64,000 bases of DNA from a virus. Within the stretch, counting starts at the first letter, position 1, and every line of letters starts with the position of its first letter. The DNA is taken from IMG/VR virus record IMGVR_UViG_3300042876_000344. The stretch is one strand, 5' to 3'. This document shows, piece after piece, positions 7,838-16,246 of the stretch. The notes below the pieces were generated by a model. It made no database searches. It saw only the letters and a program-made list of their open reading frames with translations, and was not told where the DNA came from. Both the position numbers and the translations under genes were made by a program.

Positions 7838-7970
7838 ATGTCAACACTACAATCCGAATACCCAGGATGAGGTCTTTGGCTGGCATATCTCATCCGCCAC
7901 AGTTGGAAAAGAGTTGAGACGTCTTGCCGCCCAGTACGAGGCCGGCGAGCGGGAGGTGCCGGGTGAGTAG
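7827..7970 (+). CDS. small hypothetical protein ending in GEREVPGE
   Basis: ATG 7827 overlaps the transposase 3' end. The C-terminus and stop lie in the duplicated 28-bp junction. Confidence 0.35.
   Translation: MRNECQHYNPNTQDEVFGWHISSATVGKELRRLAAQYEAGEREVPGE
7839..7858. repeat. right-hand copy of the 15-bp motif and inverted-repeat partner of 5137-5156
   Basis: ACACTACAATCCGAA at 7844-7858, just after the transposase stop. Confidence 0.65.
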
Positions 7971-7971
7971 T
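7944..7971. repeat. 28-bp gene-junction repeat, copy 1 (GGCGAGCGGGAGGTGCCGGGTGAGTAGT)
   Basis: 27/28 identical to 8158-8185. Contains an RBS (GGGAGG), the GTG start of the next gene and the TAG stop of the previous one. Confidence 0.85.
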
Positions 7972-8184
7972 CCGAATTTCAGGCGGCTACTGGCCGCACA
8001 AATCGAGCCACATCTGATCAGAATCCACGGTTTGCTGGGGAGTGACTACAAGCTGACGCTCATCGCCAGGAACGCAACGATGGAGACCGCCGACGTGATT
8101 CTGACGGCTGACAACCTCGACCTCGCGATTGCGGCGGCGAAGAGGACACGCCAGAACGGCGAGCGGGAGGTACCGGGTGAGTAG
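7963..8184 (+). CDS. hypothetical small protein (GTG start, ends in GEREVPGE)
   Basis: GTG 7963 lies 6 nt after GGGAGG. VSSPNFRRLLAAQIEPHLIRIHG... Confidence 0.5.
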   Translation: MSSPNFRRLLAAQIEPHLIRIHGLLGSDYKLTLIARNATMETADVILTADNLDLAIAAAKRTRQNGEREVPGE

Positions 8185-8185
8185 T
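8158..8185. repeat. 28-bp gene-junction repeat, copy 2
   Basis: GGCGAGCGGGAGGTACCGGGTGAGTAGT. Confidence 0.85.
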
Positions 8186-8947
8186 TTCGAGTCCGAGTTT
8201 TATAGACTACGCGCTACCCTTGTCGACGTGCGGAATGCGGCGATGAGTCAGATTTCGCCGCCAGCGCCGCAGGAGATGGACCGAGAGGCCCTCGTCAATA
8301 TCGCGGAGACGGCCGAGGCAGGCCTCGCTGTGGACGTCCAGGCGCTGCATAAGCATACCGCGATGAGCAAGGCGGCGCAGGAAGATCGACCCTTGGTGCC
8401 AAGCCGAGTGCGCATCTACAGTTATCAGCACGAAGCGTACTGGCGCCCGAATGCGGGTGGCTACACGAGAGAGAAAGAAGAGGCGTGGGTCCTATCGCGA
8501 GCTGAAGCCGAGCGCATAACCAAGCACTGTGGTCCGGAAAAGAGGATCGAGTTAGAACTCGTGCCGAGCAGGTGGAAATCGCGAGCAGAGTTGGAAACTG
8601 AGAATGAGCGGCGCGCGAATGAGGCCCGCAACTGGCAGAGCACCGCAGAGCAGCATTGTCGCAATGAGCAGTATTACCGAGGGATGCTGGCCCAAATTGG
8701 AGAGACCCTCGGGCAGGCGGTCAAAACCTGTGACGACGGAACCACCGTGCCAGATGTTTTGGTGGCCAAGGTGGTGGAGGTCACACTGGCGCGCATCTCG
8801 GGGCTGGAGGCGGAGAACGCCCGGCTGCGGGCGGCGATCTTGGCGGCCCCACACGGGATGCTTTGCCAAGAGTATGCGCACTGGGAGAACGAAAAGTGTG
8901 ACTGCTGGAAGCAGGCCGCGCTGGCCGGGGAGGATTCCAATGGCTGA
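8177..8947 (+). CDS. hypothetical protein (GTG start VSSFESEF...)
   Basis: GTG 8177 sits in the same junction context as 7963. 256 aa with a coiled-coil C-terminal half. Confidence 0.6.
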   Translation: MSSFESEFYRLRATLVDVRNAAMSQISPPAPQEMDREALVNIAETAEAGLAVDVQALHKHTAMSKAAQEDRPLVPSRVRIYSYQHEAYWRPNAGGYTREKEEAWVLSRAEAERITKHCGPEKRIELELVPSRWKSRAELETENERRANEARNWQSTAEQHCRNEQYYRGMLAQIGETLGQAVKTCDDGTTVPDVLVAKVVEVTLARISGLEAENARLRAAILAAPHGMLCQEYAHWENEKCDCWKQAALAGEDSNG

Positions 8948-9284
8948 ATTCTTTACCTCGACCACGGCACTCAAACTCTACGAGGAGCAGATCGCTGTCC
9001 GCGACCGCCACATTGCGGAGTTGGAGGTGGCACTTCTGGGCTTCTACGCCGGCCACCAGGGCGGCAGTGACCCGAAACAGGATGACTGCCAATGCCTGAA
9101 TTGCCGCTCATACCGCGCGTACCGGGCGGGGAATACAATCTTGCTCAACGACATGCTCGCCGGGGCGAAACGGATGGCGCTAGAGGAGGCGGCAAGGCAC
9201 TTCGGCGTTGAGCCAACAGCCTCCTATCAGGGATCGACTGTCGAGGGGTTTCTGCTGAGCAAGGCGCGGGAGCCCCGTCCATGA
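8940..9284 (+). CDS. hypothetical protein
   Basis: ATGGCTGA overlap. MAEFFTSTTALKLYEEQIAVRDRHIAELE... Confidence 0.6.
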   Translation: MAEFFTSTTALKLYEEQIAVRDRHIAELEVALLGFYAGHQGGSDPKQDDCQCLNCRSYRAYRAGNTILLNDMLAGAKRMALEEAARHFGVEPTASYQGSTVEGFLLSKAREPRP

Positions 9285-9649
9285 GCATCCGAGTCGCCTG
9301 CCGCCGCGACCTCCACTACGACTACACCTATCAATGGCGGCCTGGCCTCCACGTGACCGACAGCGGCCCCGCCACCTGCGCCTGGTGCGGCGGCCAGTGG
9401 GCATCCACTCACCGCCTCCAGTACTCGCCCTGCTGCGGCTCTTCGCGCGTGCAGCCGGGCGCCGTGAGCCTGATGCGCCTCTCGCGGCATCCGAAGCTGC
9501 GGCCGATCTTCGGGGATGTCTTCCGGTGGCGGGGGCTGCGCTGTTGTGCGGCCATCGAGGGCGACAGCGTCCTGGTGGACGGCTTCTGGCGCGTTCCGGT
9601 GAAGCTGTGGCTGCGTGAGGCGCGGATAGCACGGAGGGGCGACGTATGA
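9281..9649 (+). CDS. hypothetical Cys-containing protein
   Basis: ATGA coupling at both ends. Confidence 0.55.
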   Translation: MSIRVACRRDLHYDYTYQWRPGLHVTDSGPATCAWCGGQWASTHRLQYSPCCGSSRVQPGAVSLMRLSRHPKLRPIFGDVFRWRGLRCCAAIEGDSVLVDGFWRVPVKLWLREARIARRGDV

Positions 9650-9816
9650 TTGCCATCCGCGCGTTCATGTTGATCGCCGACGATGAGCCGAGCCTGCAGG
9701 ATATTCGGTTCACGCGGGAGGAGATCGAGAACCTCGCTGATGTCGATTGGTGGCTGGCGCACGGTGGCCGGATCGTTGAAGTAGAGATTCGGGAGGTCCG
9801 CGATGGAACCACCTAA
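9646..9816 (+). CDS. small hypothetical protein (56 aa, below the track cutoff)
   Basis: ATG 9646 overlaps the upstream TGA. Hand translation MIAIRAFMLIADDEPSLQDIRFTREEIENLADVDWWLAHGGRIVEVEIREVRDGTT has no internal stops. Confidence 0.45.
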   Translation: MIAIRAFMLIADDEPSLQDIRFTREEIENLADVDWWLAHGGRIVEVEIREVRDGTT

Positions 9817-10072
9817 AGCCGGCGACCAAGTGAGGGTTCGCCGGCGCGTGTTCACTGTCATCTGGGCCGCGGCGAATCACGTGATTTATGTTGTCGACGG
9901 CGGCTACATGGGGCACGTGGTCAGCATGTCAGACTGGCGGAGACTCACTGCTTCGCCCGCATCGGCACCCGGCGACCGTCAGAAAACACCATCCAGTCCC
10001 GGGTCCAAATCCGGCCGTCGTGGTAGACGCCCCGCTCCACCTCAATCCACCAGTCCTGATCGTCCAGCCTAA
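9803..10072 (+). CDS. last small gene of the plus-strand block; only the first ~48 codons look coding
   Basis: MEPPKAGDQVRVRRRVFTVIWAAANHVIYVVDGGYMGHVVSMSDWRRL is protein-like. The tail is S/P/R-rich with low third-position GC and overlaps a better minus-strand ORF. Confidence 0.4.
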   Translation: MEPPKAGDQVRVRRRVFTVIWAAANHVIYVVDGGYMGHVVSMSDWRRLTASPASAPGDRQKTPSSPGSKSGRRGRRPAPPQSTSPDRPA

Positions 10073-10112
10073 CGAACACCTCATCGGCCGTCTCAGTGAT
10101 CGTCCCGTTCAC
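9945..10112 (-). CDS. small hypothetical protein (55 aa, GTG start), last gene of the late operon; absent from the track
   Basis: Hand translation VNGTITETADEVFVRLDDQDWWIEVERGVYHDGRIWTRDWMVFSDGRRVPMRAKQ*. High third-position GC. Starts 10 nt after the upstream stop. Confidence 0.45.
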   Translation of the reverse strand: MNGTITETADEVFVRLDDQDWWIEVERGVYHDGRIWTRDWMVFSDGRRVPMRAKQ

Positions 10113-10121
10113 GACGCGCCC

Positions 10122-10457
10122 CTACCTGACCACGATACTTAGGCCGCTTGGGGCGTCGGTAGGGACCGGTGCGCCGGCCTGATTACTGGGACCTGACTCC
10201 ACGCCGCCGAAGATCGCAGTCACCTGATAACAGTAGGCGCCCGGCTGGACAGTGGTATCGACGTAGGTTTTCACTGCCACCGCGGAAGCAATTTTGGTGA
10301 ACGTCGGGGATGCGCTACAGAGCCCTGAAGCCCGGTAGACGCTGTAAGTGGTGCCGGCGGGGTTGGAGGTATCCGTCCAGGCCAGTGTCGCGCTGTGGGT
10401 GGATGTCTGCGCCAGGGCGGCGACAGCCAAAAACAAAAGGATGATGATGTGTTTCAT
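10122..10457 (-). CDS. secreted fibronectin-type-III-like protein
   Basis: MKHIIILLFLAVAALAQT signal-like N-terminus. ATLAWTD...YSVYRA...YCYQVTA is an FN3-like pattern. Confidence 0.7.
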   Translation of the reverse strand: MKHIIILLFLAVAALAQTSTHSATLAWTDTSNPAGTTYSVYRASGLCSASPTFTKIASAVAVKTYVDTTVQPGAYCYQVTAIFGGVESGPSNQAGAPVPTDAPSGLSIVVR

Positions 10458-10459
10458 GG

Positions 10460-10756
10460 TTATTCCCAATCAGGCAAGTCCACCGTTTGCCCTGCTAATT
10501 CGTGGTGGCAGTCCGACAGGAACTGGATTCGCCCATCAGTGACAAATGAGTGGCAAACGAAATCCGTCCCCTGGTTGCACAGAAGAGACGGGGTGAACGT
10601 CGGACGATCCATTGAGCCATTCCAGGCCCAGCCGCGCTCTTGGCATTCAATCTCAAAAGGGTGCGCATGCCCGCACCCAGGGCAATGGAAGAGATACATC
10701 TTCCCACCGCGCGATCCTCGGTTCGAATCACCTAAATAGTGGAGTTTGTTTGCCAT
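10460..10756 (-). CDS. Zn-binding phage protein, DUF6527-like (from memory)
   Basis: FHCPGCGHAH...WNGSMDRPTFTPSL...CHSFVTDGRIQFLSDCHHELAGQTVDL. Confidence 0.6.
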   Translation of the reverse strand: MANKLHYLGDSNRGSRGGKMYLFHCPGCGHAHPFEIECQERGWAWNGSMDRPTFTPSLLCNQGTDFVCHSFVTDGRIQFLSDCHHELAGQTVDLPDWE

Positions 10757-13700
10757 CTAGTTCACCGTCGCTGTCCCGGACACGCGTGCCGTGCCACACG
10801 TGACTCGGTAGTACACAGTGCCGGCGCTGAGGCCGCTGGCTGAGTAGCTGTGTGCTCGCCCCGCGGCCGAGGAGTTGGGATCCGAAGCATCGTCAGAGGA
10901 TGCCGGCGCGCCGCTGCCAACCAGGACTTTGCAGGCCGCCGGGCTCGGCCCGATCCAACTCAACACTAGAGTTCCCGTTCCAGGGATAGCTCGGAGGTCG
11001 GTGATGCGATCCCGCGGCACGAGGGCATACTCAGGCGCCGTCATGCGCAGATTCAGCCCGCTCAAACTGCCCATTACTCGCTCCCAGGCCCTGCGCCCTG
11101 TCCCGGTACTGGTCGAGTATTCCTCCGCCAGCGCGACCGATGACGCGTAGAGATTCGGGTACGAGTGGCCGTAGCCGACGCCGTTCCACTGGACCCGATC
11201 CCACGTCCATGTTGCGCCCGCCGAATGGCTCGCCGCGGTTGTCCCGTACATTCCGCGCCCGCCAGTGCAGACCGTGAGCGTGGACTGCCCGGCGATGGGT
11301 GAGTCAACGGCGGATGAGCAGATATTGATCCACTCGCTTTCTATCCGCACAATGGTCGGCTCAAACCAGTCAATGCCGATATTGGCGTTGGAGGTACGCT
11401 TGTCAATCACGATGGACGTGGCGCTGTTCGTGATGGTATTCACCAGCGCCGCCGTCCGCGGGAACGTAGAGGCCTGCTCTGCCCACGTCTGCGGAATGAC
11501 ATTGGTTGCCCCAACAACAAACGGAGCGACGTACCAGTCATAGAAATGTGCGTTTGAGTCGGGGTGAATCGCGGAATTGATGAGGTATTTCGAGTATTCC
11601 TCGTGCGTGTAGCGGAACAACGGTTGCCCAGTGGTGGCGTGCAGCCATGCACCGGTCTGCGCCGCCCATCCGATTATGTGGGCGATGTAGTTCAGCATGA
11701 AACTCTGTGTGTAGTTGCCCTCGCTCCAGACCGGCAAGCGCAATGGATTGGACATTCCCTTCATTTGCAGGTGCCTTCCGGAGCACCAGGGCGATACGAC
11801 GGACGTGTAGTGGTAGGAGATGACTACCGTGCTGCCGGCGCCCACTGCCGCCGCTCCGTCGTCCTGGAATACGGTGAATCCACCAGGGTAGTAATACCAG
11901 TCCCTGCCGGTATCCACGCCGCGCACGCCAATCGTCTTTGCCGCTCCGTCAACCGTGATGCCCGTCACCGAATAAAGCGGATGGGCGACACCCAGCACTT
12001 TGGTCGTGCCATTCAGTTTGTAGACAGACCAGCCATTCCAATCATTGGTGCTGCTGGAGGTGTGCGTGACACTATTGCTTCCAAGATCACTCCCACGGCA
12101 GAAATTGGTGGCGGTGGTCACCCCGGCATTCCCGCCGCTGATGCCATACGCGCCCTCCCACATTTCATCGTTTTTCTCTAAAATCCGCCTGAAGTACTCG
12201 CGTTCCGGCCACGCGGAAGGAGCGAGCAGCGCACCGTAGGCGATCTCCCGTAGACTCCATGCCGAACTGCGCCAGTTCCCCCAATCCTGCTTCAATCCCC
12301 AGTCGCCGCATCGCGTGTGGTAGTAGTAGCAGGCGTAATTTGTGCCGCTGGCCATCCACCCAGACAGTGCCATCTGCCCTCGCAAATAGGCGTAGCGCCC
12401 GGTCAGGATGTACGGCATCGCGAATGCGGCGGGCATGTGACTGGTATCGAACACCCAGCCCTTCGTGTAGGCAGCGTCAGCGCCTCTGGCCCCGTCACAA
12501 GGGGTAGCCGTGCAGACCGGGACGACGGCGTCTGCTCCGTCGCTACCCTCGCCGCTCTGCGCCGCCTTCCAGTCAGGCCGCGCCGAAATACTGGCGATGC
12601 GCCCGAATGCGGGCGTCGTCTGCGCGGTGTCGAAGTAATACTTCTGGCCGTCAGCGGGAGAATCGCGCACCGTCGAATTGTCGCTCTCCCATTCCCAGAC
12701 GGGCAGCGTCATCGCGGCGTCTGCGTTGCCCACTAGGAGCTTATCGAAGATCTCTTTTCGCTGCGCGACGGTGAATTGCGAAGTGTCGCCCATGGCAAAA
12801 ATCTGTGTCACATACCAGCGTGGGTGAACACCGATGTCCCCCCTTCCGCCCGTGCCGGGAATGTACTGCTGCCAATTCCCGCAGCGCCCCGCGCCTGGAT
12901 CGCAATCCTGGATGTCGGCCGCCCCTTTGTTTGCGTCGAATTGCGCAACGTCTGTAGCGCCACTCCACTGCTGTGAGTAGCTATAGGGCGGCAGAATGCG
13001 AGAATGCACCATGTAGCGGAGGTTCCAGTCCGTCTGGATTGCAGCGGGCGCGCTGCCATCCCAGAAGTAGCGCGAGAAAGCAGACCGCGCAGGCAGGTCA
13101 AACGCGGTCTTGCTGTACACAGATGCCCCGCTGGTTTTCGTCACCGACAAATCGAACACCTGCCGCTGAAGCCGCGTCGTGGCGCCGTTGATGGCAAGGA
13201 CCTCCACCTCCACGCCAGCCCAGCCCGCGTAGAACGAGGCAACGAAAACAGGATGGACGCTCTTGTAGGTGTCGCTCGACGGCGCCTGCCAACTCCCGCC
13301 GCTGTACTGCCAACCGAAATCATAGAGCGGGTTCGGGCGGGTAACGTCCTCGAACACCGCCTGCGTCACGAAAGGCCCGCGCAGCCTATACGTCCACGCA
13401 CCCGCCGCCAGCATTGTGCGCGCATTTGCAGAATAGGTTATGAAATCAGCCGTGCCCGATAGCACCGCGCCCCAGGCCGCTCCGTTAAAATTGAGCATCT
13501 GCTGCTGAGTCAGTGCGGCGGCCGCGCATGTCGCCAGATTCCCAAGATGACAGGGGTTGCTATCGGGAACGAAATCCACCACTGCTGAACCGTTGGCCGT
13601 GATCGACACGGGGAGGCTGACGAACGCAGCCATCACCGACAGGTCTGGCCAAACGCTCTCAACGTCCACCTGCCAATTGGCGGGGACGCTACCACCCACG

Positions 13701-13864
13701 CGCGGCTTGGGGTAGTAGCCTGATGGGAACTCCCCTTGCGCGAAGTATCTATGGATCGTGCGCGGTTGGCTCGTCTGGGTGCTACCAGAGGCGTCGTAGA
13801 GACGGACGCCATTGTTGAACTGCGCAATCAATGGAAATGCCAGCAAAATCAACAGATATTTCAT
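10757..13864 (-). CDS. large secreted-looking glycan-active or receptor-binding protein with C-terminal FN3 domain
   Basis: ATG 13864 (ATGA coupling) gives MKYLLILLAFPLIAQF. About 1035 aa. C-terminus ITDLRAIPGTGTLVLSW...YYRVTCG is FN3-like. Confidence 0.75.
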   Translation of the reverse strand: MKYLLILLAFPLIAQFNNGVRLYDASGSTQTSQPRTIHRYFAQGEFPSGYYPKPRVGGSVPANWQVDVESVWPDLSVMAAFVSLPVSITANGSAVVDFVPDSNPCHLGNLATCAAAALTQQQMLNFNGAAWGAVLSGTADFITYSANARTMLAAGAWTYRLRGPFVTQAVFEDVTRPNPLYDFGWQYSGGSWQAPSSDTYKSVHPVFVASFYAGWAGVEVEVLAINGATTRLQRQVFDLSVTKTSGASVYSKTAFDLPARSAFSRYFWDGSAPAAIQTDWNLRYMVHSRILPPYSYSQQWSGATDVAQFDANKGAADIQDCDPGAGRCGNWQQYIPGTGGRGDIGVHPRWYVTQIFAMGDTSQFTVAQRKEIFDKLLVGNADAAMTLPVWEWESDNSTVRDSPADGQKYYFDTAQTTPAFGRIASISARPDWKAAQSGEGSDGADAVVPVCTATPCDGARGADAAYTKGWVFDTSHMPAAFAMPYILTGRYAYLRGQMALSGWMASGTNYACYYYHTRCGDWGLKQDWGNWRSSAWSLREIAYGALLAPSAWPEREYFRRILEKNDEMWEGAYGISGGNAGVTTATNFCRGSDLGSNSVTHTSSSTNDWNGWSVYKLNGTTKVLGVAHPLYSVTGITVDGAAKTIGVRGVDTGRDWYYYPGGFTVFQDDGAAAVGAGSTVVISYHYTSVVSPWCSGRHLQMKGMSNPLRLPVWSEGNYTQSFMLNYIAHIIGWAAQTGAWLHATTGQPLFRYTHEEYSKYLINSAIHPDSNAHFYDWYVAPFVVGATNVIPQTWAEQASTFPRTAALVNTITNSATSIVIDKRTSNANIGIDWFEPTIVRIESEWINICSSAVDSPIAGQSTLTVCTGGRGMYGTTAASHSAGATWTWDRVQWNGVGYGHSYPNLYASSVALAEEYSTSTGTGRRAWERVMGSLSGLNLRMTAPEYALVPRDRITDLRAIPGTGTLVLSWIGPSPAACKVLVGSGAPASSDDASDPNSSAAGRAHSYSASGLSAGTVYYRVTCGTARVSGTATVN

Positions 13865-14823
13865 CGGTTCAGCCCCGTCATTTTGAATTTCGCCCAATCT
13901 ACATACAAATTCTTATCCGTTGTGTTGCTAGTGCCGATGATGGCGGCTGGCCCGACCGCGTTGCCCGCTGTAGCAACCAACTGCGTGTTGCTGTCGCAAC
14001 CGCTGGCGCAGATGGTTTTGCTGGTGCCGTCAATCGTGAAGGTGAGTTTGTTGCCGGTGGCTTCGTGCTTGATTGTGAACCGATGCCACGAGAGATCCTG
14101 CCCGACGTTCATCGTCACCGTCGCGCCTCCGGTGTCGCCGCAGTTGTTTTGAGAACCACACCACTGCGCAACCCATGAGCCGGTGGTGTTTTTTGTGTTG
14201 TCTGCGTATGCCGCGTCCTCGTCGTATCGGAGCCAGATGTGAGCCTCTGTGCCATCTCCAGCCACTGTATTTGCACCAGACATACCCAACCGCGCCCGTG
14301 CTCCACTGGTACTCAGTGCGAGCCGCGCGATGTAGGATACGGTCCAATCTTTACCGGTCAAATCCGCGTTGGGGATTTGGTTTCCTGAGTAATTGTTCTT
14401 CAGCGACAGCACCGCTGCGCCGCCAATTGTGGTGTTTGGATAAAGCAACAAAACGCCTGAATGGTTGGAGGGTGGTGACCCGAGCCAGATGAATCCACCA
14501 GAGCCAGCAGTCTCGATCCTCCATCCATGTGTGCCGATGATTCCGCTGTTGTTGTAGCCGGCGATGAAATCCTCAACGATGCAGATCTGCGTAGGGTCGG
14601 ACTGATCGCAGTCCACAGAGGACCCGCCACCCGCCCCAATCTCCGTCTCCGTGCCTGCGGAGGTGAGCGAGTAGAGTTTGTTGTCCGATTTGAAATACAG
14701 TTTGTTCGAGCCGCTGGCCGGGTTTGTAGGCGTAGCGATCTGCAGCATCACCAGGCCGCCGGAGATGATACCAGCCAGCGCCAGAGTGGCAATGCAAAAC
14801 AAAATTGCGAGTGTTCGTTTCAT
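13861..14823 (-). CDS. secreted-looking fibre or lectin-like protein (ConA-like beta-sandwich suspected)
   Basis: AGGAG 5 nt upstream. MKRTLAILFCIATLALAG. Fibre-like N-terminal motif NKLYFKSDNKLYSLTSAGTETEIG. Confidence 0.75.
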   Translation of the reverse strand: MKRTLAILFCIATLALAGIISGGLVMLQIATPTNPASGSNKLYFKSDNKLYSLTSAGTETEIGAGGGSSVDCDQSDPTQICIVEDFIAGYNNSGIIGTHGWRIETAGSGGFIWLGSPPSNHSGVLLLYPNTTIGGAAVLSLKNNYSGNQIPNADLTGKDWTVSYIARLALSTSGARARLGMSGANTVAGDGTEAHIWLRYDEDAAYADNTKNTTGSWVAQWCGSQNNCGDTGGATVTMNVGQDLSWHRFTIKHEATGNKLTFTIDGTSKTICASGCDSNTQLVATAGNAVGPAAIIGTSNTTDKNLYVDWAKFKMTGLNR

Positions 14824-14830
14824 AATTCTC

Positions 14831-16246
14831 CTATCGAACTGTTGCGTTTCCGCTGACGCGGCCAGCGCCGCTGAATGTGGCGGGGGTGGTGTACTGGTAG
14901 GCCCCGATGTCCCAGGGGCCGATGGGCCGAATTACCCCGGATATATCAGTGGTAAACGCGGAGGATAAATCTACGCCTTGGCCACGGGCATATCCGTTAG
15001 ACTTAAGCCTGAAATCGTAGGACGCCGGATCAACGAAAGCGGTTGCCGACCCGTTGACTTGCCCGGTTTCAGCCGAAGGGACGATGCCCGTATTGCCGAA
15101 ATACCCGTTATTTGAAAGCGTAGTACCCACCCCGCCGTTGACCGCCGTAAAATGGCCACTCTCGAAGAGGTTATTTTCCACAATAACGTTGGTAGACCCT
15201 GGGGCATCCATACGTATTTGAGCCAGCACGCCAGGAACAGCGATGCTCCCATAGCCATAAATGGTATTGTTCGCTATTAAAGCATTGGTCATCACCCCAC
15301 TTAACCCACCGCCCGAGCCATCCCGGCTCCAGATGACTCCTGGGCTAATGACGTCGTAGGTTGCAAGGTCCGTGATGTAGAAGATATTGTTGTAAATCAA
15401 AGTATTGGACCACGCACCAGTAGCGCCCAAAAATGAAATGGCTCCGGAGCCTTTGTTGTTTCTGAAGATGCTGTTGCGAATGATCGTATAATTGGACCCG
15501 GTTCCATAGTACATAATGCCTTGTCCGTGCGCCCCGCTTGTGGTCCCGCCAGTTTCGGAGATAACGGAGTTTTCGATCAATGCTCCGTAGTCTGAATAAC
15601 TTGATCCGTTGGCGTCGTCCACCGATAGACCATTTTCACTGGTATCATGTATCCAGCAGTTTGCCAAACGCCATCTGGATGTTCCTGAGAGATGAACGCC
15701 TCGCGAATAACATGCGTAGTTCCCTGAGTCGTTGCAGGTGTCCATGTATCCAGGCCCCTGAATTTCTAGGTGGGATATATCCAGCGAAGCATTTCCCAAA
15801 AAACTCGCATCTATGACGATGACTCTGGCGGATACCGTGGGCTGGTCTGATCGGTAAATCTTGATTCCGTGTCCGCTCATACCCGAACCCGTCACCCCGT
15901 CAATGACAAGATAGGACGTGCTGAGATTTAGAGTCCCATCGATGATCGCCTGCCCTGTCGCATAGGCATCATTCCATCCGGTCTCTGCGCCATGCGCGCC
16001 CGCCGTCGCCTTTTTGATAGTTATCGGCGTCGCCCCACTTGGAGACGTGGATATAGTGACCGTGCCCGCGTATGTCCCGCTGGCGATGTAATAGGTGTCG
16101 CCGCGTACCCATGTCCTGCCAGCAATCGCGGTCCATGCGTTTGTCCAGTCCGATCCGTTGTTTGCGCCCGTCGCTCCCGCGCGGATGTAATGGTCTGCCC
16201 CAAGCGCAAACGAGGATAGGTAGATCAACGCAAGTGCAGGTCTCAT
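14831..16246 (-). CDS. right-handed parallel beta-helix (pectate-lyase-fold) protein, depolymerase or tailspike-like
   Basis: ATG 16246 (ATGA coupling) gives MRPALALIYLSSFALGA. Repeated N/G/I-rich beta-helix coils (NSVISETGG..., IRNSIFRNNKG..., LIYNNIFY..., ANNTIYG..., VENNLF...). Confidence 0.8.
   Translation of the reverse strand: MRPALALIYLSSFALGADHYIRAGATGANNGSDWTNAWTAIAGRTWVRGDTYYIASGTYAGTVTISTSPSGATPITIKKATAGAHGAETGWNDAYATGQAIIDGTLNLSTSYLVIDGVTGSGMSGHGIKIYRSDQPTVSARVIVIDASFLGNASLDISHLEIQGPGYMDTCNDSGNYACYSRGVHLSGTSRWRLANCWIHDTSENGLSVDDANGSSYSDYGALIENSVISETGGTTSGAHGQGIMYYGTGSNYTIIRNSIFRNNKGSGAISFLGATGAWSNTLIYNNIFYITDLATYDVISPGVIWSRDGSGGGLSGVMTNALIANNTIYGYGSIAVPGVLAQIRMDAPGSTNVIVENNLFESGHFTAVNGGVGTTLSNNGYFGNTGIVPSAETGQVNGSATAFVDPASYDFRLKSNGYARGQGVDLSSAFTTDISGVIRPIGPWDIGAYQYTTPATFSGAGRVSGNATVR

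Larger units (their letters stand above)
5137..7858. mobile_element. candidate boundaries of a transposase-bearing lower-GC island, bracketed by an 18/20 inverted repeat (non-canonical; uncertain)
   Basis: TTCGGATTTGAGTGTTGACA at 5137-5156 versus the reverse complement of 7839-7858 (TGTCAACACTACAATCCGAA). No flanking direct repeat was found. Confidence 0.3.

Noticed and set aside
6400-7960. Canonical ISL3 ends (15-39-bp terminal inverted repeats within ~100 bp of the transposase gene, plus an 8-bp target duplication)
   Set aside because: Comparing 6400-6514 with the reverse complement of 7838-7960 by eye gave no convincing inverted pair or direct repeat. The mobile-element boundaries are therefore reported only as a low-confidence alternative (5137-7858).
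10720-10729. GGTTCGAATC, which resembles a tRNA T-loop
   Set aside because: The flanking bases do not form a T-stem or an acceptor stem, and it lies inside a well-supported CDS. No tRNA was found anywhere in the window by eye.
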